DNA of 64,000 nt from Balanoglossus misakiensis (Eukaryota; Animalia; Hemichordata), in assembly GCA_040954595.2 (NCBI GenBank), contig CM082579.2, forward strand, positions 13,889,834-13,953,833. The letters run 5' to 3'. Below are positions 35,066 to 48,520 of the stretch, piece after piece (the first letter of the stretch is position 1; the number at the start of each line of letters is the position of its first letter). Position numbers and translations under genes: made by a program. The notes beneath the pieces were generated by a model. That model worked only from the letters and a program-made list of their open reading frames with translations. It was not told the DNA's origin and made no database searches.

Positions 35066-37799
35066 GTAAATACCAACCTGACTTCTGCAGGTAAATTCTA
35101 AAAGTATGAGCTTTCTCAATAGTGCCATTTCCTCTGTAGTTTTCTTAGAAAATTGTGTCTGGGATACAATGTATATATTTGTCCATTGCCCTTTGAATCA
35201 AAACTACTCCCTCCATTGGTCAGGTGTTGTACAGATAGACTGATGACAGTCCATGCCAATCCTATCACAGAACGTATCAGATAGGGTGATTGTCTGTCGG
35301 CCTCCAGCATCTGCCAACTCCTGTCTGGTACCTAATACAATTCATCATAAGGAGGTGCCATATAATTTGTCACTGTCCTTTGAATCAAAACTACTTCCTC
35401 TCGGCCAGGTGTTGTCCAGACACAGGCAAGTATTGATTCATTATGGTGATGTGATTGTCTCTCCTATATCTGAGACATTTGATCTCCACTGTGAGCAATT
35501 TGGAGTTATGAGAAAGGGGGATTGTCTCCAGCATCTGCCAAAAACTGTCTTGTTGAACATAAGGATGTTGTTGTTTATTGCATTGTTTATCGTCAATCTT
35601 TTGTGGTTTAAATAATAATCTCATTATTGGCACAGCGATTTCTGTCTGTCCTTCTGTAGACAGATTTTGTTCCACTCATATCTTGAGAGAAATTGAATCC
35701 AATGATATGAAATTTTGTATGTAGCATTGTTATGATAAGTTCTAGATCTGATAAGATTTTGGTGGGTATGGCTTATTAATAAATTCTCCTTTGCATATTT
35801 GTGTGTGGTCGAACGTTAATTCACTACATACACATGTAGAATAACATAAACAGTGTCTTGTATCAAACATAATTAATGGAAAAAGGGAAGCGAGAAAGAG
35901 AGAGACTTTGTCCCTTTAATATTCAGGAATTTACTTTTCTTGTATACGTACACTCTTATAATGATTGTAAATCTTGAGAATGGCTATCAAGTTGACAACC
36001 CTCGCACAAGTACATCATGTACATAAACAAAAATAGTCTGGTTTGTGGAGCCTCCTCCCTTTTTTACAGGAAGTACTTTCAAAATATGTTTATGCAATCA
36101 GTCCACACTCATGCTCAGTTTTGTGTCAGAATTATAGTCATAGCAACATTTTGAGTAAGACTTTACCAGAAGAACTTGTTTTCATTGCGGCTCTGATTGG
36201 GGCCGTTTTAAAAAGGGGTTTGTTTGGCAACTTTTAGGACCGAAGGACGGATGCGCAGCCATGGTCACATCACACATGTCAAGTTGGGGACTTGCTGGGG
36301 GCAGGGGTGCTTGTTGACGGTGCCGAGAGGAGTCGGCCAGTTTTAGCTTGTACTTCAGGCCGAATAGCACAGTGCCAACCCAATTTACCTTTTATAAACT
36401 TTATAAAATATAATACATTTTAACATTAAATTGTTCAGTCGGATGATTTTTTTCATCATAATGAGCAACACAGCGGCAGCATTTGGATTGCTCTTTCTCT
36501 TGGAAATAGCTCAAGCTTATAAAACATGAGGTCTGTGCGGCTCCACTCCTCAGCTTCTCATCACTGTCTGTCACTTACCCAATCATTTCAAAGGGGGTGA
36601 TCAAGATGGCCAGAACAGCAAGTTTTAACCAACCAGGTTCCAGAACCTGAGAGAAGGTGCTAAAAGCATGCAATAGATATATTGATGAGATAAACATTGG
36701 GAACAATAGGATGAAGGGAAGTGTGACTGGTCCAATCTGTTCTGTTTTAGTGTGGGGCACGGCTGGAATGGTTACACAAATGTCCTTGAAAGTTAGTGCT
36801 ACTGTGGCTTCCAATGTTATCTCTTATGAAGAGTTTTGATAATTTTGTTTGTTCTTTATATTACATGAAAAGAATGACTGCATTCATTGCATTTAATTTT
36901 GTTTGCCACACATTCCCATTGGCCACAGTGTCCACTGAAGTCTTTCTTTGGTTATTAGACTTTTTGATGCAGTGCGATGGAGAAAGGGAATCAGTGTTAA
37001 CTTTCTTCAGATGGTTTTTTTTGGTGAAATTCAAGTTTTTTTTATTTAAACGCTATTTATACAAATAACGAGTGACACCATTGCACAACTCTACTTGATA
37101 TTGTTGGACCACTCAGTAGAAATTTATTTTAATGATGATTGATTTATCCCTTGTCACATACAATTTCTCTGTTATTTCCCCTTTGATCGACATCGTTCAG
37201 TCTGCACAGCTTGGCTACTTTGTGCTGAGAACAGTCTGATGCCCTCCTACAGGAAATAAACATAGTTTGGTTAGCTCAGATGTTTGATCTGTTTCCACAT
37301 AAATCTCCACATATCTCAAATTTTTCATCATATTGGAGATGAGATGTGATTATTCAAAATTCTTCTGACAATTCTACTAAATGTCACTGTAGTTGTTTGC
37401 TAAATCTTCTTCTATATTGTGCAGGTTGCAAAAATAAATTGGTCCCATTCACTAACATCACATCACTGTCAGTTTTTTGATAGAAAATCATAAATAAAGT
37501 TCAGTTTAAAATTGGTGTATTGGTTATCCGTAATGTTATCTGTTTTGCAAGTTGTCAAATTTGAGTTTGTTTGTGAATTATTTATAGTAACTTTTCTTTC
37601 TGTATCAACTGGCAGATATTTTGTCAGAATTCTTTTAGCTCGTTAAAATGCATGTATAAAACTGAATTACACATCTTGTGTGTAGAGTCGATACTGTTTC
37701 TGTTCAAATGCCATTTACTGTTGGTTAATATTATCCACAAGGGAGTTTGCGATTATTTGTCGTTTGTGTGTTTGTTCGATCGTTCATTTTAACAAAATA

Positions 37800-40700
37800 A
37801 CCTCATGTTACATTTCATTTTTCTTCTCATCATGCTCCTCCTTCATTACTTACAGAATGAAGACACCCCTTTGCATTATGCAGTAAGAGGGTGTCGTGGT
37901 GAAGGCCTTGTCAGATTGTTATTGGAACACAAAGCTGATGTGACCATACCAAACAAGGTAAATACCAACATGACGTCTGCAGGTTAATTCTGTCAATGCG
38001 GATATATTTATTCATTTTATTGTGTGTTTGTCTATTTGTTTGTTTGTTTGTTTGTTTGGTTAAGGAAATTTCACATTACATTTCAATTTTGTGACATTAT
38101 TCTCATGCTCCTCCTTCATTACTTACAGACAGGAGACACCCCTTTGCATTATGCAGCAAGGAGGGATGGTGGTGAAGGCCTTGTCAGATTGTTATTGGAA
38201 CACAAAGCTGATGTGACCATACAAAACAAGGTAAATACCAACCTGACTTCTGCAGGTTTATTCTATCAATGCGGATATATTTATTCATTTATTTGTTTGT
38301 TTGTTTGTTTACCAAAAATTCACATTAGATTTCAATTTTTGTGACATTATTCTCATGCTCCTCCTTCATTACTTACAGGATGGAGACACCCCTTTGCATG
38401 ATGCAGCAAGGAGGGATGATGGTGAAGCCCATGTCAGATTGTTATTGGAACACAAAGCTGATGCTAACATACGAAACAAGGTAAATACCAACCTGACTTC
38501 TGCAGGTTTATTCTATTGATGCGGATATATTTATTCATTTATTTGTTTGTTTGTTTGTTTGTTTGTTTGTTTGTTTAAGGAAATTTCACATTAGATTTCA
38601 ATTTTTGTAACATTATTCTCATGCTCCTCCTTCATTACTTACAGGATGGAGACACCCCTTTGCATGATGCAGCAAGGAGGGATGATGGTGAAGCCCTTGT
38701 CAGATTGTTATTGGAACACAAAGCTGATGCTAACATACGAAACAAGGTAAATACCAACCTGACTTCTGCAGGTTTATTCTATTGATGCGGATATATTTAT
38801 TCATTTATTTGTTTGTTTGTTTGTTTGTTTGTTTAAGGAAATTTCACATTAGATTTCAATTTTTGTAACATTATTCTCATGCTCCTCCTTCATTACTTAC
38901 AGGATGGAGACACCCTTTTGCATTATGCAGCAAGGTTTCGTGATGAAGGCCGTGTCAGATTGTTATTGGAACACAAAGCTGATGCTAACATACAAAACAA
39001 GGTAAATACCAACCTGACTTCTATAGGTTAATTCTGAAAGTATTGAAATATTTTTTTGTTTTTTTTTGTTTAAGGAAATTTCACATTATATTTCAATTTT
39101 TGTGACATTATTCTCATGCTCCTCCTTCATTACTTACAGGATGGAGACACTCCTTTGCATTATGCAGTAAGGGATGGTGATGAAGGCCATGTCAGATTGT
39201 TATTGGAACACAAAGCTGATGTGACCATACAAAACAAGGTAAATACCAACCTGACTTCTGCAGGTTTATTCTATCAATGCGGATATATTTATTCATTTAT
39301 TTGTTTGTTTGTTTGTTTATGGAAATTTCACATAATATTTCAATTTTTGTGACATTATTCTCATGCTCCTCTTTCATTACTTACAGGATGGAGACACTCC
39401 TTTGCATTTTGCAGCATGGAGGGTTGGTGGTGAATGCCTTGTCAGATTGTTATTGGAACACAAAGCTGATGCTAACATACAAAACAAGGTAAATACCAAC
39501 CTGACTTCAGCAGGTTTATTCTATCACTGCGGATATATTTATTCATTTATTTGTTTGATTGTTTGTTTAAGGAAATTTCACATTAGATTTCAATTTTTGT
39601 GACATTATTCTCATGCTCCTCCTTCATTACTTACAGGATGGAGACACTCCTTCGCATGATGCAGCAAGGAGGGATGATGGTGAAGCCCTTCTCAGATTGT
39701 TTTTGGAACACAAAGCTGATGCTAACATACGAAACAAGGTAAATACCAACCTGACTTCTGCAGGTTTATTCTATTGATGCGGATATATTTATTCATTTAT
39801 TTGTTTGTTTGTTTGTTTAAGGAAATTTCACATAATATTTCAATTTTTGTGACATTATTCTCATGCTCCTCCTTCATTACTTACAGAGTGGAGACACTCC
39901 TTCGCATGATGCAGCAAGGAGGGATGGTGGTGAAGGCCTTGTCAGATTGTTATTGGAACACAAAGCTGATGCTAACATACACAACAAGGTAAATACCAAC
40001 CTGACTTCTGCAGGTTAATTCTGAAAGTATTGAAATATTTTTTTGTTTTTTTTTTGTTTAAGGAAATTTCACATTATATTTCAATTTTTGTGACATTATT
40101 CTCATGCTCCTCCTTTATTACTTACAGGATGGAGACACTCCTTTGCATTATGCAGCAAGGGATGGTGATGAAGGCCATGTCAGATTGTTATTGGAACACA
40201 AAGCTGATGTTTACATACAAAACAAGGTAAATACCAACCTGACTGCTGCAGTTTATTCTATCAGTGCGGATATATTTATTCATTTATTTGTTTGTTTGTT
40301 CGTTTACGGAAATTTCACATTATATTTCAATTTTTGTGACATTATTCTCATGCTCCTCCTTCAGTACTTACAGGATGGAGACACTCCTTTGCATTATGCA
40401 GCAAGGAGGGTTGGCAAAGGCCTTGTCAGATTGTTATTGGAACACAAAGCTGATGCTAACATACAAAACAAGGTAAATACCAACCTGACTTCAGCAGGTT
40501 TATTCTATCAATGCGGATATATTTATTCATTCATTTGTATGTTTGTTTGTTTAAGGAAATTTCACATTAGATTTCAATTTTTGTGACATTATTCTCATGC
40601 TCCTCCTTCATTACTTACAGGATGGAGACACTCCTTCGCATGATGCAGCAAGGAGGGATGGTGGTGAAGGCCTTGTCAGATTGTTATTGGAACACAAAGC

Positions 40701-41410
40701 TGATGCTAACATACAAAACAAGGTAAATACCAACCTGACTTCAGCAGGTTTATTCTATCAATGCGGATATATTTATTCATTTATTTGTTTGTTTGTTTGT
40801 TTAAGGAAATTTCACATTAGATTTCAATTTTTGAGACATTATTCTCATGCTCCTCCTTCATTACTTACAGGATGGAGACACTCCTTCGCATGATGCAGCA
40901 AGGAGGGATGGTGGTGAAGGCCTTGTCAGATTGTTATTGGAACACAAAGCTGATGTGACCATACAAAACAAGGTAAATACCAACCTGACTTCTGCAGGTT
41001 AATTCTGAAAGTATTGAAAGATTTTTTTGTTGTTGTTTTTTTGTTTAAGGAAATTTCACATTACATTTCAATTTTGTGACATTATTCTCATGCTCCTCCT
41101 TCATTACTTACAGACAGGAGACACCCCTTTGCATGATGCAGCAAGGAGGGATGATGGTGAAGGCCTTGTCAGATTGTTATTGGAACACAAAGCTGATGCT
41201 AACATACAAAACAAGGTAAATACCAACCTGACTTCTGCAGGTTTATTCTATCAATGCGGATATATTTATTCATTTATTTGTTTGTTTGTTTGTTTGTTTG
41301 TTTGTTTGTTTGTATACGAAAACACATTTCATTTCAATTTTTGTGACATTGTTCTCATGCTCTTCCTTCATGACTTACAGAAAGGAGACCCCTTTGCATT
41401 TTGCAGCATA
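37800..41410 (+). repeat. Tandem array of ~250-bp exon+intron units: 14 single-ankyrin exons plus one truncated unit
   Basis: Exons 37856-37957, 38129-38230, 38379-38480, 38645-38746, 38903-39001, 39140-39238, 39387-39488, 39637-39738, 39887-39988, 40128-40226, 40374-40472, 40621-40722, 40871-40972, 41114-41215. All are 99 or 102 bp, open, and flanked by acttacag| and |gtaaataccaac. A broken unit starts at 41381. Confidence 0.95.
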
Positions 41411-42997
41411 TGTCATATAATTTTGTCATTGTCCTTTGAATCAAAACTGCTCACTCTGTCGGGTCAGGTGTTATACAGGCAGGTGTGGAAACGATTTGCA
41501 TTCCTTTCTTTCTTTCTTTGTTAATCAATCAATTGTTGTTCTATTCATTGATCATCACCCCCCTGTATCATGAACATCACAAGGCAATGCATTGAATTCA
41601 GCTCTTCCAGCTAGTGGCCGCACTTGCTTGATTTCCTGCGTGTGTCTCTGGGGATGAAAAGAATGCATATGCGTCTTTTCCTAATTTGCATATTTTGAAT
41701 GGGTGTTCCAACGTAAGTAACCGTTCATTGACTTCCAGCTCGCATCGAATACACGTTAGGGACTGTTTTGACGGCTGGGGGGGGGGGCAAGTTTGGGTCA
41801 TCGATTTTCAAAATCAGGCCGACCCCCCCTTCACCCTGGACCAAAAAATGATGACCCCCCCTTTGACAGACCCAAAATATGATGACCCCCCCCCCGCTGA
41901 AAACATTCGCCGTGCTGATCCTATGTACACTGTATGCAATAAAGGGAATGAGGCTCCTCACACCTCAATTATAAATTTCTTAAAGTAATTGAAGTATATA
42001 TAATAGTATATCGTTGCAATAAAAAATATATGAACAAAATAAAATGACAAGTCAATACAATAGAAAATTTAAGAAAATTTTGTAAAATACGGTGCTCAAA
42101 GTTGCATTCGAATGAACTCTAAAGCAAATTAACTCAATGTTAGGCAGGACAAATTTTAATTTTGCCACTCCACTCAAAGTAAACATCGGGGGTAGGGTGG
42201 GTAGAAGTCTGCCGTGGTACACTAGACAAACCAGCGAATAAATGATATGTGGCGAAGAATGGAGGGGGAGGGGTGTGCGAGGGGGTGTCCCCCTCCCACA
42301 TAAGAAAATTTTGTAAAATATGTAGCTCAAAGTTGCATTTTTATGAACTCAAGAGCAAATTATCTCAGTGTTTGGGAGGACCTAAAATTTGACTTATAGG
42401 TGTGCGTGCCTCAATCATCTGATGAATGTATTCATCTATGAAAATTTGTGATCCATTTTCAGAACGTAGTGACTCCTTGTCAAGAGGCAGGAAGGAAGGC
42501 TGGGCGGGGTGCAGGCACCAATATTGCAAGAGCCTTTGTGGAATATCATTTTGACAATGAGAAAGTATATCAGGCAAGTATTGAGTTAGATTTAAAAGGG
42601 CAAGGTTACTCACTTTTGATAAAACAGTGAAATTGTGTCAGTTACCGACCACCTCTATATAGTGGCCACTTTGTTACAGTCCCTGTGCAGTTAACATGGG
42701 CAATTATTGACTTGTATATACAGGCCACCTGTCTATTAAGGCCAATTTAGGAAAGTCACTCTGACTGGCCAATTTGGACTGTGAGATTTGGCTGTATTTC
42801 AGTTATTTACCAATTGGCTCTTTCTGTTGTTCTAAAAGATGCTCATTGACCAGTTTTATAAAGCTTACCGGCAACTCACACCTGACACATGGATATTTAA
42901 ATCCATTTATTTTTTACCAAAATTATTTAACAATAGTGTCCATAATATGCATGGTGTGGTATAATTGTCATAATCCTGTACTTTACAGCTAGTTCAT

Positions 42998-43343
42998 TTA
43001 AGCAATAAAACACCCCCAGCCATGGTATACCACTCGATTTTGACCAGTTCACGACATATACGCACTCGCTATCGCTCCTGCGTATATGTCGTGAACTGGT
43101 CAAAATCGAGTGCGTATATGTCGTGAACTGGTCAAAATCGAGTGGTATACCATGGCTGGGGGTGTTTTATTGCTATTATATTATGCCAGTATATTGAAAC
43201 TTTGCATAAAACATTTTAAAAAGGCATTTTCTTTGACTATGCTATATGACTGTGGTATATGGCTAATATATCACAGTCACGTGTCGTGTCTCGACCAATA
43301 AAATAGCGTGATTTACACCATCAATATACTGGTATAATATAAT
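42998..43343. mobile_element. Palindromic MITE (Crypton-like architecture) in a ROCO intron
   Basis: ~64-bp perfect inverted arms at 43001-43064 / 43111-43174 with a 32-bp internal duplication. A second inverted pair at 43175-43197 / 43321-43343. Confidence 0.7.
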
Positions 43344-44163
43344 CAATCATATATGTTCTGTTTTCATCAATGAAAATACAGGCAGTTATAAACTCAGTGT
43401 ATGACAGAGATGACAAAAGAGACCTGATCAACCATCATAAGGTACGTCATAATGTTGATAATAAATGGCTATGAAAACATATCATATCACTAGTGTATTT
43501 GAATTTTTCTTCTATATTTATAACATGGAAAACATAAAACCAGACTGTCATATAAGTTTTTAACTACATACTTATTCTATTGTGCCAGCTAGGAAGGCAT
43601 TAAAGGGACATTACCTATAACTTTTGGCTTTATTTCCAGATTTTTTTCCTTTTGTGTACAAAATGCAATTTCATGTTCTTCTCCAAACTGCATGCTAATA
43701 TGCCCAGTACTCAACTTGTGTATATTGCCTGTCTCTGTAACAACCATTGTTATTGTTGACTCATGAATTCTAGTCCGGACTTCAATTCAAATTTTGCAAA
43801 ATAACAATGTTGAATATACACAAAGAGTACACAACTATCGAGGTGTGCGTCACAAAGAGATGACAAACTTATGCAAATAGAAGTTATGGAAAAAATATGT
43901 TAAATTTGGCAGCTCATGAGGCTTTAACTATGCATTATTTCTATAGTGTTAATGATAGCTTCCACATCATAAGCACATCATAATAGTGTAGTTAACAATG
44001 TAAATTATATTTTTTGATACTAGCGTTTTTATCAATATCTTTTCTGAAGCAAAATGTCATGTGACTTCTTTGAAGACATGGTGTTTAATTGAAAGGCATG
44101 TAAATTGAGTGTAAAAATTCCCAATATATATAACACATAACATATCTGTTCAAATTCTGACAG

Positions 44164-45963
44164 GTGTTTTCCCGCCAAAAAGAATTCACAGCACTCATGA
44201 GACAACCTGGTGTCAAACGTAATACTACAAAGATTGTGTTAGCTGGATACGGTGCGAATGGCAAAACTACGCTCAAAGAATCATTGCAGCGGGTGTGTAG
44301 AAATCTTTGATTATAAATGCCAATTATTGCTGTTTTTGAGGAGTGAAGGATTTGTGCAAATATTAAAGTTTTCATGAAGACTACATTTCAGTGGAAATCA
44401 GGGTACATATTTTGTTGACCAACCAATTCTCCAAATATTTTATATTATTACAATATGATTGGCATTAATCAAGCTTGCTGATTGGCCCGAGTCGCGGTTT
44501 ATATCCTCAACGAGAAGACCTGAACCCTGAACAGTGAATAACTAAAAAATAACCAAAATGGGACACATAGAACAGAACGCCTCGCCTCGCTCAGTGATTA
44601 TTTCCCGCCAAATATGCTAAGTTTCACCTGGGAGGTCTTATATCCGGAATCAAATACTCTCGCTTGCCGTTTATAAGTTTACAACCTCTAAATTGTGAGA
44701 AAATCATCACTTATGTTCATATATTACAATGCAGAACTTTGTGCAAGCAAAATTGACTCGACGGTCAGAAGAGAAAGCACCTTTACCAGGGAACATGCAG
44801 TACACACCAACACCCGCCATAGATGTAGCCACATTATCCATACCCAAGATTGGCAAGTTCAGTGTGTGGGACTTTGCAGGACAAACAGAATACTATGTCA
44901 CACATAATATGTTCCTAAGAGTCGAGAATGCAGTGGTTTTATTGGTCTTCAAAATGGCTGAGGACAAGCAGGATGTAGTTTGGACACCAAGAAAACTTAT
45001 GCAACAGCAGAGACAAGAGGTGGGTTGTTGTTTTTTTTGTTACTGATGATAAGTGATATTAATATTTTGGGCAATTATGGAATAAAGGTAAAGATGAAAC
45101 TCAGAAAGGGCACAGTGCATATATTACAATATTTTTTTTATTACTAAGCAGTGCATCAGTGAATTAGGTGGTGCAATATTGTGAATGAAATTAAAGTAAA
45201 GATGAATGGCACAGTATATATATTTGTGAAACATTTATCTCTTTTTGTTTTTATCCAGATTTAGGGACTGATTGAATATAATATGATTGATGACTTTATA
45301 TTCTTCTTCATGTCTTTCTTTAATAGGTGACATCATGGCTTGCATTCCTTAAGGCAATCATACCACAAGATATGGATGAGGGTGGGAGTAAACCAAAAGT
45401 GATATTGATTGGAAGCAAGGCTGATTTGTTGAAAGCTGAACACAAGAAAGAAGGTATGTTCAGTACATGTTTAGATAAAAGGTGACAAGAGCGAGGGTAT
45501 TCACACAATTGGGAGCCTGGTGTGGGAGTACACTCAATCTGATTAAAACCAGATGTAGTGTTGGGCGCTGTCTTTACCTTTGCTGATTCTTGGCTGTTCT
45601 GTTCGAAAGGGACACCCATACTACATCTGAACCTATGCAAAAGGAGATCTCATTACTATTCAACATTTTACCTATTCAGATAGTGTGATTGATGTAGAAT
45701 TTCACCGGATGCTTTCAAAAAATACAAAACAGCACCAAAGTGGCCTCTTCTGTGTATATGTCCATACTTTGTAAATAAAAATCTATCAAGAGATCATTAC
45801 TTTTTTCTTGATAGCTGAATTGGTGATGAGGGAAATACTCCAGACAGCTCAGAAGACCTTTGGCAAATACCTGAATATTCTTGATGAGACATTCATACTG
45901 AATTGTCACAACTCGCAGCATAATGATATGCACAGATTGCGTGAATGTCTACGAAGTGCAAAG
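44164..45963 (+). CDS. Roc GTPase domain exons (44164-44292, 44735-45019, 45327-45453, 45815-45963)
   Basis: P-loop KIVLAGYGANGKTTL, switch I TPAID, G3 VWDFAGQTEYYVTH, G4-like LIGSKAD. Canonical splice sites with matching phases. Confidence 0.92.
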
Positions 45964-46185
45964 GTATGGTTTTATAGATATTCTGCAATGTGTGACTGGA
46001 TTGAACATGTTAATTCATTAGGGCCATATTTGACAAAGGCATGCTTTACATCACCTTAATACTCTCATGTAATGCATAGAGTCCAAGAAAGCCAACTATC
46101 AGATAGTAATAACTGAACTCTTATCAGTGGGAAATAAGTCAAGGTTGTATACTTTTGACTTACCGGGTATCAGAACTGTCTAAAA

Positions 46186-46882
46186 GGGCGTTCTCACTGG
46201 CACGTTTACACTGGTGCTACATCGGTGTAGATTTGACACCGACGGAAAAAAACAAGTGAGAACGCTTTACACCGGTGTTGGGCCGGTGTTAATTTGCGAC
46301 AGCGATGGGTGGTGGGTCAGGGCCAGTGCTGGGCCAGCGCTCCGACGCAAATAATCAGTGAGAACGCAAAGATAAACAAACACCGTTCAAAAGCGCCACC
46401 CTGCAGTGCCTTTTGGGTATGTTTATTAGGTATAGCCCATTGTCTTTGGTCAGTTTCCATTGTTAAGTCAATCACACTGGATGCGAGTGGTTTTCAAACC
46501 ATTCGCAGTTTGCCAGGTCTGCAACACTTCAGTCTGCTACCAACTTTCAGAAGGTTCTCTCGATCACCAAAAAGCCGAGGCATTTTCCATTTATGGATTA
46601 ACATTCATTTACTTCTAAACATTATCAAAACTGTCACAAAGTCGTCTAGAACGTATATGCAGGTATATAAACTGCAACATGTTGCTGTAATGTCCTCGAC
46701 ATCCTCAATTTTGTTAGTTGCCGTGTTGCTAAACATGGCCATTTAGACAGTGTTTATTTCAAAACAGTGGCCAAAAGTTTAGTGTGTGAACGCAAGGAGA
46801 TTCTGTGGGCTAATCCCCTGTGTTTGCAGAGAGTAAACACTGGCATAACACCGGTGTCCAAACTTTTAGTGAGAACAAGACT
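46186..46882. mobile_element. Harbinger-like MITE
   Basis: Inverted termini gttctcact...agtgagaac and repeated acaccggtgt motifs; second copy at 27330-27915. The superfamily is inferred from the terminal pattern. Confidence 0.55.
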
Positions 46883-47722
46883 TTAAATAATGGGCTGTGT
46901 CTGTAAAGGGTGAATATCACTGTTGCCAGTATTGTTTGAGTTGCTTTTCTGAATGTTCATTTCACCAAACAACAGTATTATGGGGGTCATCGTTAAACCC
47001 CGGTGCGGGGTATAAAAGACCCCCCAAATCAGTGGCGAATCTTAATGCCGTTTGACTGACAACAGACAACACCAACGATCTTGGCTCTATGAAAATCGGC
47101 CCAAACAGGTCCAAGCGTAAAGAATTACACCACACAACGACAGTAGTTGGCTTTATAAACACACACAACATAAAGTTATCGACGAAAAAGTACACGAGCT
47201 TATGAAACAACGATGATTTTGGGAGAAATCTGGTTTCAGTGCTTTTCAGAAGCGTCCCTGGGAAACAATAACCACGCCATTCAAACAGTTGTCAATCGCG
47301 TGGAAATGTGAAGTGTTCAATTATTTTCTGTGTACATGAGAGCAATTACACAGTCATTATGCACGACGACCACTCCCAAATAAACAACTATACAAACACA
47401 CGTTAATCCGAACCCCAGGACTTTCCGCACCGGGGTTTAAGACGTTTTTGAAACATCTCAGATGAAATACTGGCGTAAATTATCATGTGTGAATGGTTTA
47501 AGTGGTCTTGAAACGTCTCAGATTTGAGACGGCTTTAGTCAGACCTGAGCCAGTTTAAGGATTAACACCTCTCCGCAACCCATTGTTTGTGTGTGTGTAC
47601 ACAAGGCGACTTAAAGGATTAATGCTCTGTGTTTACTATTGGCAAATAGTGTCTATGAAATGTTTTGAATTTTACCCTGTCTGGACATGAACCTGGTATA
47701 TGTCGCTGTGTTAATGTTACAG

Positions 47723-47893
47723 AGAGAAGAATACATACCAAAGTTGTGTGCTAAGATACTTGATGGAAGAAGCAAATGGATTGTGAGCAGTTTCCCGGTC
47801 ATCAAATGGAAAACATATATAGAAAGAGTGAAAGAGTTGGATCGTTTCATTGATGAAGAGTTTCTAAAGAAAGCTACGCACTACCTTGGGGAG
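47723..47893 (+). CDS. COR domain N-terminal exon
   Basis: ttacag|REEYIPKLCAKI...FPVIKWKTYIERVK...FLKKATHYLGE|gtaagt, 171 bp, phase 0. Confidence 0.85.
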
Positions 47894-47968
47894 GTAAGTT
47901 TATTACAGAAATCGTTGCTGAAGACATTACCCCACTTGATCAGTAGGTTAAGAAATCCATGGAGGATA

Positions 47969-48182
47969 CTGTAAAACAGGTTATTTCGCGAGCAATAAAT
48001 TTTCATGAAATATGCGAGAGCCCCCAAAAATGTGAAAATACAAAAGTCGCATAAAATGTTTTTTTTTCTTAGATAACAATGCAGTTAGTGAAATACGAGA
48101 AAGCCAAAATTAATCCATGCATAACAGTTGCTTCTTTTGATATCGCGAAAATTTCCTGTCGCGAAAAGAACCTGTTTTACAG
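47969..48182. mobile_element. Tc1/mariner-type MITE
   Basis: TA-ctgtaaaacaggtt ... aacctgttttacag-TA: perfect TIRs with a TA duplication. Confidence 0.8.
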
Positions 48183-48520
48183 TATGAAGTCATACTACAA
48201 GAAAATGTTCTCGCAAAGTTTGGAGAAAGTACAGTACTGCAATTATGTTTATCACAGAACAATTACTGATGAAACCTTTCCAAAGACCAACAGGAGTTCT
48301 GAAAGTTTTCTAGAAATTCTTTAAAACCTATCAATGCCAGGGTTCATCAAAAATAGGGGGCATCATTGACTTAAACATATAAACCATGGGATGTGAAAAA
48401 CAAGTACTAATACAGAAACCAGAAATAACGCTGGAAAATTGGTTGACAGGGGGTGTGCTTGTGTCAACCGTTAAGTGCACTCTTTGTTTGATCATGATTA
48501 GTGTCATACAAATTTAACCC

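Noticed and set aside
36480-37560. Possible old LINE remnant in the intron between ankyrin blocks
   Set aside because: Too degenerate to recover diagnostic motifs by eye.
37800-41410. CRISPR-like repeat-spacer array
   Set aside because: The units are ~250-bp exon+intron duplicates with GT-AG sites encoding ankyrin repeats. The variable parts are homologous to each other, there are no cas genes, and the context is eukaryotic.
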